Positions 1 through 12,100 of a stretch of 64,000 nt of DNA are shown here, piece after piece. The notes under the pieces were generated by a model, which was not told the origin of the DNA, searched no databases, and saw nothing but the letters and a program-made list of their open reading frames with translations. Source of the DNA: Myxococcota bacterium (GTDB lineage Bacteria; Myxococcota_A; SURF-8); contig OZ223209.1 of the NCBI GenBank assembly GCA_965140415.1, positions 4,896,001-4,960,000 of the forward strand, read 5' to 3'. Each line of letters begins with the position of its first letter. Positions within the stretch are counted from its first letter, which is position 1. The translations under genes and the position numbers were made by a program.

Positions 1-3
1 GTA

Positions 4-50
4 CCCGACATTTCCGATTGATGTCGGGCAAGACATTTGCCCGACCTACG
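4..50. repeat. REP-like overlapping palindromes at the window edge
   Basis: CCCGACAT...ATGTCGGG and GTCGGGCAA...TTGCCCGAC(CTAC) inverted repeats downstream of the giant gene; may be truncated by the window edge. Confidence 0.5.
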
Positions 51-99
51 CCTACGCCAAATAACAAAACAAGAAATACCTGTTCCATCAAGCACCAAT

Positions 100-127
100 A
101 AAAACGGGGCGTCCTTTCGGACGCCCC
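100..127 (-). terminator. Intrinsic terminator after the giant gene
   Basis: GGGGCGTCC-GAAA-GGACGCCCC stem-loop followed by a T-tract on the minus strand, 36 nt after the stop codon. Confidence 0.85.
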
Positions 128-163
128 TAGTGTTAGAGGGTTAGAGTGGTTACGTCACATCCA

Positions 164-3100
164 TCAATCCTGGTTGGGCGACGGTGCGGCGCAACGGAAG
201 CCGATGGTGTCGTAACCGTAATCCGGAGGCAAGTGACCGCGAGCCGCGCCGCGCGTTTGCGAGGCATTGTCGAACCACGAACCACCGCGATAAACCTTGT
301 CCTCACAGTTGTTGATACAGCCCGTATCTCCACCGCAACCAAGCTTACACGCGGCCATCGTATCCAGGACCGGATCCTGACCGGCTGCCGGCACCGGATC
401 GTAGTCGTTGGATGTCGGATACTTGCCGTACCAGTCGATGACCCACTCGTTGACGTTACCGGCCATATCGCAGATCCATTCGGCTTCTTCCGTGCTCCAC
501 TCCTTCATACGACCATCAGAGGTCATAATCGTAGAACGTCCGACGGTCTGCGAATCACCGTCGAAGAAGCAACCGAAGGTCGTATCGCCCACCGCCGTAG
601 CAGAGTAGTTCAACGGCTTCTGGTTGTTGAAGGACGCGTCATCCGGTGACGTAGAACCCCACGGCCAGATGTTGGGCGAGGAAAGCGGCTCCCCGGTACC
701 CGCGTCGTAACGCCATTCACCGTGCGCAGCGGCTTCCCATTCATGTTCTGTGGGCAGACGCATGTTCTTCCACAAGCAGAACTGTTGCGCCTGATACCAA
801 CTCACATTCAACACCGGGTAGTCGTTGAAGGTCGAATCGGTGAAGTAGTTGGGACGCGTTGCGCTTGTATAGCCCGCTTCCGGGTTACCCGAATGGTTTT
901 CGCAACCGGTGGCACACTGGGAATCGACAGGCGAACAGTAATGACTGCCCGAACACTTCTGTCCGTTGGCAGGCAGATAACATTCCATCGATTCCGGCGA
1001 CCAGACCCAACCCGAGCCGTAGGTCGCTTCACAATTGGCTGTGTCGGTTCCCGGATAACAGGTCACGCCGTTGGTCGAGTAAGCCGTCTTACACGCGCGG
1101 TAGTCGGCATTGTTGACTTCCTCGGTGTAGAAGTAGAAGGCGCTGATCTGACCATAATGCGGCGTTTCGTCCGTCGGTCCACCACTGGAACCGAACAGGC
1201 CGATACCCGAACCGATACGCACCGAACCCGGAGGCGCCACATCAACCTTGATTCGGATGTGCTTGGGCTCACCCCAATCCAGGTATGGCTGGTTGTTCAT
1301 GTCCACGGCGTTGCTGCGCGCTCTCACATGCAGCCAGTAGATGCCATTGACGGTGAGCGATTCCGAGATCTTCTGGTAGATGTTGTGCGTCTGCGTGATC
1401 GTCTCGCCCACTTTGTCCGGACAGGAATCGATACAAGCCGTGTCCGTTCCACAAGCATCGCAGTCCAGGCTTACCGGCGGTTCCTGCTGGTTGAACAGCA
1501 AGCTGTATTCCTGCACACGCGGATCTCCGAATTCCGGCAGGTTGGTCGCGCCGGTATCGGTTGCACCGAAGTAGAAGACGGGCTCGTAGCAGTAGCTGGA
1601 ATCCGAACACCAGGTGTCGTCCGTTCCGCCGATATCGGGATTGTAGGTATCGTGCGTCGTGGAATCGATGACCGAAACCACAGGCGGCGTACGATCCAAG
1701 TTGATCTTGCGATGCGAGACATCACCCCAATCCGCGCCGGCAGCACAACTGATCGCCGCCACGTGGAACCAGTAGGAACCGTCCGCACGGTTATTGGTAT
1801 AGGTCTTGGATTGCGCTGGCAGGACGTATTCATTTTCCGGCGTCACCGGATCATTGCAGGTGCCGCAGACTTCCGTCCATCCCTGACCGGAGTTCGTCGG
1901 GTCGTAGGAACCGTCGTAATCGTTATTATCCAACCCGATATAGCGGTAGCACTTGACGCCGCTTCCCGCAAAGGCCGAATACTGCACCTGGATCGGCTGG
2001 TTATCCGAGTACCAGTTGTTGGCCTGCGGCTGATTGGGCACGGTGATGGCAGGCGGCGTAGCGCCATTCATCTCGACCACGATATGGTAACGCTGCACGT
2101 CGCTCCACAGGCTGAATCCACCCGTGGAATTGCGCGATGTGTTGCGGGCGCGCACGTTGAGATAGTAGCTGCCATCCGCAAGCCCCGAGTAGGTGCGGGT
2201 GAGTCCTGTAACGATTTCGTGTCCGTCCGTTGTGGAATCCGGATCGCAATCGCCCTCGTCTCCCGGACCGGCAGAAGCATACAGATTGATGCAGAAGTCC
2301 TTCAACTCAGACAGCGACTCAGTCGCAGTCCAGGAGAACTCCGGAGCATCGTTATGCACCGGCGTATGTTCCGGGTGCGTAGAGGATGTAATGCTCACGT
2401 TTGTAGGCGCGGTGTTATCCACGTTGACCAGGTACGTAAACGGCAAGCTCCACAGTCCGGCGCCGTTCTGTACGATCACCTTGAAGTACCACACACCATC
2501 TTCGGGGCTGGTCAGCGCCTCCGAGAAGTCGAACCCGCCTTCCGGATAAGCCTGTGCGGTACCACCCGGCGTAAAGACCGAATCTTTACTGATACCAGCC
2601 TTATAATAGGTGATACCAGACAGGTCGGAGGCCGTAGCGTGTGTCACGGCGGTCGTAGCCTGATACCAGTAGGTCTGCTCCGGATGCGATGTCGATTCAA
2701 TCGTCACCGCAGTCGGGCGCGTACCATCGATGAGAATACGCGAATGCGTACACGCACCCCAGGCTCCGGTTCCGTTCTGCGCCCTAACGTGGAAGTAGTG
2801 CGTACCGTCAGCCAGACTCGGCGTGGTGTAGGTGGTACCCGTACCCATTTCGGTGTTGCAGGTACAGGAGGTCGCATTGGCATCCGTGGAGTAACAGTAG
2901 TTCTGAATACCCGAATCGTCATCATCCTCCCACTCGAAGTAGGCGGTACGATCGGAGTTCCAGACATCCGGATCGTGCGACTTCACCGTGATGGTCGGAG
3001 CAGGCGGCGCTGTCGTATCGACATGAATCATGAACAGCGTCTGCGCTCCCCACAAGCCTGAACCATTGCGTGCACGTACGTAGAAGTAGTATGTACCGCT

Positions 3101-6100
3101 CGACTTCACGCCGGTCCACGTATTTCCATCTCCCATATCCGTTGTACCGGCATCACCCACAGAGGTGCGCATGGCATAGGAATAGGCCGAAATACCGGAA
3201 GGATCATCCACGGCTGACCAGGTCAACGTAATGGCACCACTGCTATACCACTCGTTCTGATCCGGATGCGTCGAGCTAACAACGATCGGTGCATCAGGCG
3301 GAGAGGCATCCACACGTAAGATGTAGGAATGATCCGGGCTCCACAGACCGGCACCACTCTTGGCACGGATATGGAACACCCAGATACCGTCGTCCAAGGG
3401 ACCGAGCGTATCGGTTTCCTTGGAAGCCGCCCACATAACCGTTTCCGGGGCGGTGCAGGTAGCAGGAGACTTACACAGCGCATAGCTGTAACCCTCGATC
3501 TCCGAATCCGCAGTAAAGCGCCAGTTCATCAACGGAGTGTTATTCGAATACCAGTTCGTCTGGCTAGCATGCGGATCTCCGTAAAGGTAAGACAGCGCAG
3601 GAACATCACTGTCGACCTTGAACAGCCACGGTGTACAACCATCGGCGGAAGAGTTGCAGTTGGACTCCCACTCATGATTGTCGTGGGTCTTGACCTTCCA
3701 ATAATAGTCATCGTTGGCCAAGTCGACCGGAGGCTGCCATGTGTTGGAGGTAATCCAACCGGAATCCCACACGTTGTCTCCTGACTCGGCATCTTCGCCG
3801 GTGGCCAGGAAGAACTTGTAGAATTCGATGTCGTCCGCATTCGGATCGACAACCGCAGAAGCAGTCAGGGTCGGACGTTTTTCCGCAACCCAGGTTCCGT
3901 TCGGCGCAGGAGCCACGTGGTTGGATTCCGGCAGGCGCATATTGGATTCGAAAGGCATACTGGGCGATGACCACGCGGTGGTGGTTCCATCGTAATCGTA
4001 CTGCTTATCGTAACCCTTAGCGTAGATACGGTTGTTCTGAGTATCTCCGTATCCATCCAGCAGCAACCAGCGGAAAGTCACCTCCAAGCGGTTATCATCC
4101 ACCTGCGTAACGGAACTCGTTCCACTGGAAAGCGCCACTAAATTATTCCCGTAGCCGCCTTCTTCGCTGAATCCTCCACCGCTTAGACAAGCCGGGAAGG
4201 AACTGCACGCCCAGCGGAAGTAGCCACGGGCATTGGTAAAGGAAGGCTCGCCGCTCTGTGCGACCACGATGTCCACGGTGGTAATGTTTTCCACTTCGTT
4301 TTCATCGTAGATCGTCACAACAGCCTCCTGGTAATCCAGGTAGCTCGCCCCGACCTTGACCACGGTCTGAGTGCGCGTGACCGATGAGATCTCGCACAGC
4401 TTGTTGATGCGAACGATGTAATGGGCGGTTTCACCCCAGGCCGCAGGAGCGGCATTGTTCTGCGCCCGCACATGGAAGTACCACACACCCGGCGTCAGAT
4501 CGCTGATGTCCGCTGTTCCCTTGACCTTGGTCAAGTCGTCATTGGGGGCCGTCCAGGAACCGTCGTCGCTCAAGCAGGCACCCGTGCATTCCGTGTAGCC
4601 GGTCAAACCGGTTTCCGGAATGGTGCCCACGTTTTTATCGATCAGGTAACCGAACTTGGTTACGCCGGAATAGGCCGCAGACCAGAACTGGAAGCTCGGA
4701 TCGTTGTAGTCTTCCGGGTACCAGGTATTCTGGTCGTCGTGAGTGCTGGACTCGACGATCGGCAGGAATGGACCGGTATCGATACGTACGCGGTAACTGG
4801 TGGTCGGTCCCCATTTCTTGGTATCGACCACGTTGTTGATGGCGCGCACGTTGAAGTACCACTCACCGCTGCTCAGAGCCACGGCAGGCGTATAGGTGGT
4901 TCCCATACCTTCACTGTCGGTATCCGGAATACCGGGGTTATCCGCTGTGAGGCTATAGGAGTAACCGGACACACCCGATAACAACGGAGTTCCCGGCGCC
5001 CACGTGAAGGTAGGCAATCCATTGTTCACCCATTGATCCGGATCGGGATGGGTGGAACTGCTCACAGTAGGTGCAGTGGGAGCCAGATCGATCTTGATCA
5101 GGCGATGCACCGGAGGCGTATACCAAACTCCCGTATTGGACTGGGACTTCACATGGAAGTACCACTGACCACTGGTCGGGAATGTATAGGAATCGCTCGT
5201 CACCGATCCGTCCACGATGTTCGCATCCGGATCTTCGGTGGCGTTCGTACTGAATTCATAGGCGTACTGCGCAATGCCGCACGCGCTGGCGCTGCTCCAG
5301 GTGACTGTCGTACCGGCTGCCGAGTACCAGGAAGCACTGTTCGACTGCGTGGTCACGCTGGTAACAGCCATCGAGGTAGGACCGGTATCGATGCGGACCT
5401 GGTAATGCTTGGCCGGTCCCCACAAGCCGGAATTCGACAACGCGCGGATATGGAACCAACGCGTTCCATCCGGCTCATCGCTGTAACCGGTGAAGTTGGT
5501 CGATCCCAGGTTCGCCAACGAGGCGCTGGTCCAGGACTCCGGCGGAGTCGGCGGAGCCGTATCGTCGATAACATAGAAGTAACCGTCGATACCGGAAGTC
5601 GCCTGACCGTTCCAGGTAAAGGTCGGGTCGTTGTTGCTGGAACAATCGTCATCGGTGTAAATATACAGCGTACCGGTGTCATGCGTCGGCGAGGTCAGGT
5701 TGCTGATCGTCGGCGGCGTGGCATCGATATTGACCTGGCGGTGACGATATTCCGACCAGAGGTTCGATCCGTTCTGCGCACGAACGTGCAGGTAGAACGT
5801 ACCGTCGGCAACGTCAGAGATACAATAGGTCGTCTGGTTATCCACGGTATGTACCGTAGCAGCATCACCCAGCGGTTCATCATCGAAGTACCATTCATAC
5901 ATTCCGATTCCGGAATCGTCCGAGGCACTCCAACCGAAGCAGACTTCACGATCCGGATACCACAAATTCTGATCCGGATGTGTGGTGGACCACACCGTCG
6001 GCGCTTCCGGTCTGGAAGCATCCGGTGAAGTCTCATCGATGACGAGCGAAGAAGCCGACACGTTTCCATCGGCATCCACCGCATCCACTCGGAAGTACCA

Positions 6101-9100
6101 GGTCTGCATATCACCCGCCATATGCACGTAGCTCGGCGTGCCGACCGGCGGATAGGAATTCAGAGTTATTGCCGCAGTGTTCAAACGAGAACCGTAGGCT
6201 TCGATTTCGATCACGTCCGCAGAATCACCGGTTGTATTAAACGGAGATTCCGTGATGCCGTCGAACACCAAGGCAACGGATGTAAGATCGTACCCGTTGA
6301 TCGCCGCACTTTCACGTCCCAGTTCGTATCCGAGCTGACTGCGATCGGCAGCCCAGTCGTTAACAGTCAGAATACTGCCACCCTGGCGATACACCTGCAA
6401 CTTCTGGCGTTTGTAGATACGGTTATCACCATCCCAGAAGTGTACACGCAGCTTGGAAACAATTTGGTGCGAAAGATCGAACGGCCAAGCGATTTCATCA
6501 AATCCCGGGTACAAATCGTACCAGTAGCTGGAAGTATCATGAGAACCATCTACCGAATAAGAACAATTCTCACTCAAGCCGGTACCGGAGAAACTACACG
6601 ACGATCTCAATAGGTTAGCCAAGTCCGCTTGTGTCTGCGAACCGTACACATTGTAGTGGTGGGCATCCGCAACCGGGTTCCACTCGATGATGAATTTACC
6701 ATCGCCGGCAACACCCGGAGCCTGCACGGGAACATCGGGATCCACACCCGGCATACCCACTGTGGCAGCCAAGCCGGCGGGAGTAGTCGGAGGCACACGG
6801 TCCACGTTGATCAATGGCGCACTCTCGACCCAAGGAGACTCGTTGTCCAGAATATCCACGCACTTATAGCGGAACTGGTAAGTCTCACCAGGCGTCATAC
6901 CATAATAGTAGTAACTCGAAGCACTGGATGCCAACGTTCCACCAGGCATCGGAGCCGCCGGAGCGGCCCAACCGCCACTACCGATCTTGGCTTCGAAGTA
7001 AACGGTTTGCATACCGGAAGTATCGTCTGTCGGCGTAGGCCAGCTCACGACTACCGCATATCCACTTTCCTCGTACGTGAAACTGAGCGGTCCCGTACAA
7101 TTCGGCGGAGTCTGATCCAGCGTAATGGTACGCGTAATCACCGACGACATATTCTCACCGCCATCGCGGCAGAGCATGTTGACCGTGCGTATACCATCGC
7201 TGCTGCTATCCAGCGGCCACGGAACCACATTGGGCACTGTCGCCGTGTCGTAGATGTCTGTATACGAAGTCGGCAGATAATCCGGCGTCGTTTCGTTCTT
7301 CAACGCGTATTCGATCGGCAACCATGGATCGGAGGCCGTGATATACAGCGTCACGTTCGGGGTACTGGTATAAGTCGGCGGTGTCGTCGGATCGTTGATT
7401 TCGAACGAACAGACCGGCGGCTGAGTATCGATCAAGACGCTGCCATCGGTTGACCAGGCACTGGCATTGTCAACAGCATCGTATGCAACCACATGCACGT
7501 ACCACAGGCCATCGGTCAGATCGACCGGATGTTCCTGGTTCACGCTGCTATCGAAATAAGCATTCCATGTAGCCGTAACCGGGAAGGACGGATTCTCCGA
7601 CCATTCCATCAGATAGGTATTGGTAGCCCGCATTCCAGACAATGCATCGACAGACGCCGTCCAGTTCCAGATCGGTCGTTTGTTCGGGTTCGGTGTGGCC
7701 GTAGTCGGCGCACCCGGACGAGAAGGACCGGTGGTATCCAAGTCGATACAATCCGGCGTGGTCGTGCTGATGTTGAAGGCCGGGTCACGCACCCAGGCAT
7801 ACACGCAGCGTTCGCCATCGGTCGAAGGACCGGTGGAAACGATCAAGGTATGGTTGGTCGGCGACTCGAAATCTTCCCAGCTGGCCGGAGGCGTAGACGT
7901 ATTGGACAGCTTCATCCAGTTGCAGTCCTCACCGGAAACGGCGATTTCCACAGTTACGTTTTCCGAACCGGTGTAGGCATCTCCACCGTTTATGGTGATG
8001 CTGTGCACCGTACAGAATACGGTATCAACCTCAACCGTACCGACAGGCGAGGATGCGGAACGGCGTCCCGCCTTATCGTAGACGTAAACGTGTACGTACC
8101 ACACATCATCATCCAGCGGAGCCGTGTGAGTAAACGACGGAGAAGCACCATCGTTAGAGATCCAGGCCGACTGTGCCGAAATCTCTTCCATCTGGTTGCC
8201 TTCATTACTCGTCCAGAAGATCTGGTAAGTATTGGTAGCACGCAAACCGGAAGGAGCATCCGTGGCCGCCGTCCAAGACCAGGTCGGCGTAGCGGTATTG
8301 ATCGGATTGGCCGTGGTAGACGGCTGACCCGGTGCAGCCGGATCTGTCAGATCGATCCAGAACGGACCGATGGAAACCTGCTGATCGTCCCAGTTGCCGG
8401 TATTATCCACCGAACGAACGCGGACATAGTTGTTCTGACCTTCCTGCAGGGTACAGGTAAAGGAGGTTTCCGACTGATCCACGTTTTCGGTTTCGTCGCC
8501 GGTTCCCGGAGGATCGCAGACCACCGCGTAGCCGCTCAGCCCGGAAATGACATCTTCCACCGAAACATGACGCACACGCAGGTTATCGATCAGGATTTCC
8601 TGCAACTGGTTGGCACTGTCATGCTCCTTGAAGAAGAAGCGGAAATCGCGTCCGGCAACGGCATCCGTCTGCAACACGGCACGGAAAGTACCGGTTTCAG
8701 TATTGGAGCAGGTGAAGTTGTCCATCGCCTTGGCTACCGTTGAATCGGTATCGACCAGCGCCGACTGACCGGTTACCTGCAACTTCGTGGAAGTATCGTT
8801 CTGATCCTCGAAGTAGAAGTTCCATCCGTTTGTACCGGTACCATCGGAACAACGGTAGGCGAACTCCAACAGGAACAGGTTGCTCGGTTCATTAAGCAAT
8901 TCAACATCCTGCTCCAGATGTGTCGTGGTCGTTCCGTCACCATTGGTGGAACGTGCCTTCCACGAGTAGTTGGACGATCCGTCGAAGTTACCAATCATCC
9001 GCAGCGAGCAGACATTGTCGCTACAATCGACTTCCTCGGTCCAATGGCCCGTATCTTCAAAGCCACCGTCGGTGAAGCCATTATTATAGTTACCATCCGC

Positions 9101-12100
9101 ATCGAGCACGTTTTGCACGAAGGTGTACGGAGTTCCTTCATCCGCCGGGGCGATCCACTGCACATCGACATCCGCCGCAGCGTTCCACGTACTGGCGACA
9201 TGGCCACTGGTGGTTTCCAGATCCGTCACTTCCAGCGGCGGCACGATATCATACGCGCCAGTCGCTTCAAGCGTGTTGGCGTCGGGCAGCGGCGCAACAA
9301 GGAAGTTATCCGCCTGCGCGAACACCTGGTTGTAACCGGAGTAGATACCGGCTTTACCAGGAGTCAGGACCGGGGAGGAATCGTCGACGATGTCGAACAC
9401 CTGATAATCATCGATGTAGGCGCGAATGCGCTTACCCTTGGCGATGACCTTGATGTGATACCAGCGATCGGTGCTCAACGAAACCGGCAAGTCCAGAACC
9501 TTGGCATCCAGCACACCATCGTTTCCAATGGTAGTGGTGCGTTTGAGCAAGCGCACGCCAGGCCAGTTCGGAGACTGAATACCCAGCACCAGGATGTAGT
9601 ATTCCGAAGGACTGCTGTAGCGGAAGATCAGACCCATCTGATCGTCGTCGTCGTTGTACATATCCGCTTCAACAATGACGTCGCGTTCGACAAAACCATC
9701 GTATACGAGTCCCAACGGAGTGTTCTTGTTTGCACTCTTGGCCACACCGTTGGTGAAGCTCCAGTTGGTTCCCGCGCCGTCATCCAAAACTTCAGAGTAG
9801 TCCGCCTTGGTGGCCGGATCGCCGAAGGAATCCGCATAACCACCCGCAGGGCTGTAGATTCCATCGCCATTACCAGGCGCGTAGCTGACCACATTCTGCC
9901 ACATCGGCCAACCGAACACTCCGGTTTCCACTTCCTGGCCGTCGTAGTACAGCATTCCAGCGCCGTCGGTGACGATGAGATCGCCTTCCTGCACGTTAGG
10001 AATGGAAACGTGACCCGGGAAATCATCTCCACCTGAACCGGTGGTGGTGCCACTGGAGCGGACAGAGCCATCCTGCTGATAGACCGTGTAGCTCACATCA
10101 TATTGATCCGTCGCTACCGTTACATAATCCGTTCCACCTACAATGGTGAAGGCATTGGCAAGGAAACGCTTGGGCAGCAGAATCTCACCATCACTACCAT
10201 CGCCATCACCAACAGCCATTGCGGAAATCGGCTTGTTCGCCACGATACGGAAGGCCGGACCGATACCATTTCCGCCGGTTCCGGTCAGTTGGACGTAATC
10301 ACCCGCATTGGTGCAACTTCCAGTCTGAGTCGTACCGTTGGAACGATAGGCCGTAAAGCTGGTGCCGGCTTCGTTACAAGCGACGTAGGAATTGCTACCG
10401 GAAGGCACACCAAGCACTTCGGTGTCCAGCGGCGGAATCGGCATGTAATCGTCACCCGAAACACCGTTGGCGCTGTAGTAGGCCAATACCGGCTGCGTGG
10501 CCACGATACGAATCACACCCTTGGAAAGCGTCAGGCTGTCGAAGCGGAAATGCTCATTGGCCGACAGGCTGCGGGTCGCATCCGGAGTACCGGAGTTTCC
10601 GGTGTAGATTCCAACGCTGGTGCCATCGGAAAGAGCCAGCACGTCGATCATCGGGCTGCCGTAGCGCGGCAACATGATCGCAAACGCCGTATCCGCGAAT
10701 CCTTCCGGAACCAGCATTCCACCCATATCGGCTGTAGCAGGTCGCGCAGTAAACGGACCTGTTCCAACCAGGCGTGTCGTCGGATCCAGTTCGGCTGCCG
10801 AGAAGTTGCCCGCCTCGCCGCGGTTCAAGGTCAACGAACTGGTACCATTGGTAATCTTGTTGTTGTCAACATACGACACCACACGCAAGGTCGAGGTCGC
10901 GAACTCCTCGTTGACGACATACTGGGCATAACCCGGATCAATGGGAGAAGCCACTCGACGATAATTCTCCCAGTCGAAGCTCCAAGACAGATCGATCTTG
11001 GTTCCATCGCCAGCGGCGGCGGTGCTCAGATTACCATTGTACGTCTTCGTACGGTCGTCAACCACGAAGGTCTGCGTCGCGCCGAAGACATCGGCGAACC
11101 CGGTGAACTTGGCCGCAACCGAGAAGTTGTACACATAACCATTGGCCAGGCTCTTCACCACGATCGGCGCACCGCTCGGGTTCCAGTCCGCCAAGGTCTG
11201 CCAGACCGGAGTGGAACTGGTGAGCGTGCCATTGGCCGCCAGGTACTTACCGGTGGTTTCGCTTTCCAGAATGGAGTACAGCGTTCCGGTTGGGTTCAAC
11301 GAATCCACATGCAACAGCAATTCGGCTTCGCCTTTTTCGCTGTTAAGCGGATAGGTTCCCAGGCTCGACAACAAGGGTTTGCCAGGTGCACTGATTTCGT
11401 AAACCGTAATACTCGCGGTTGCTGGAGTAGACAGGTTACCCGCGCGATCCTGCGCAACGACCGTCATGTCCCACACACCGCGGGTCAGATCCACAGTATG
11501 TTCGTAAGAGGTCGACGTCGTCGTTGCCGTATAGGGACCGGCTCCTGCTCCGCCACCCTGTTTCTCCCAGGTAAGCAGGAAGGTTTCGGTGTCGTGCGGA
11601 CCGGACTGCACGCCGCTACCCACATCACCGGCCCAGGTCCACTGCCACAGTGGAGTACGATCGCCGGTTTCCAGCGAACCCGCCGACAGCGACGCTACCG
11701 CCGCAGGAGCGGTTCCATCGTAATGGATGGTATCGGTGTACACGGTCGGACTGCTCGCCGGGTTACCCGCCTCATCCACGAAGATGACGGATACCGTCTT
11801 GACACCATCGATGCTACCATCCAATGGCCATGCATACGGAGTGGAGAAGGTGTCATCGGTGTAAGTAGCGCCATCGTTGCTAACACGAATTCCGTATTCC
11901 TCGGTCGAGGTCAGATACAGATCCACATTGGGATCGTTGGTGTAAGCCGGTCCGGGCGCGGTCGCGCTGTTGATGACCACGGAACCGGTAGGCGCTATGG
12001 TATCGATCTCGATTTCGACGGTAGCCGAAGTGGTGAAGTTGCGCGCCTTATCGAAACCGACCACCTTGAAGCTCCAGATACCATTAGTAAGCGGACCGAT

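Noticed and set aside
164-300. Complete diversity-generating retroelement
   Set aside because: No reverse transcriptase or template repeat seen in the window; the 50217/57886 repeat pair is unrelated to the FGE tail and its mismatches are not adenine-specific
722-3061. 779-aa plus-strand ORF, and similar long ORFs at 10103-12445, 15284-17113, 18407-19822 and 30008-31582
   Set aside because: Antisense shadows of GC-rich real genes; Arg/Ile/Val-rich with no recognisable motifs
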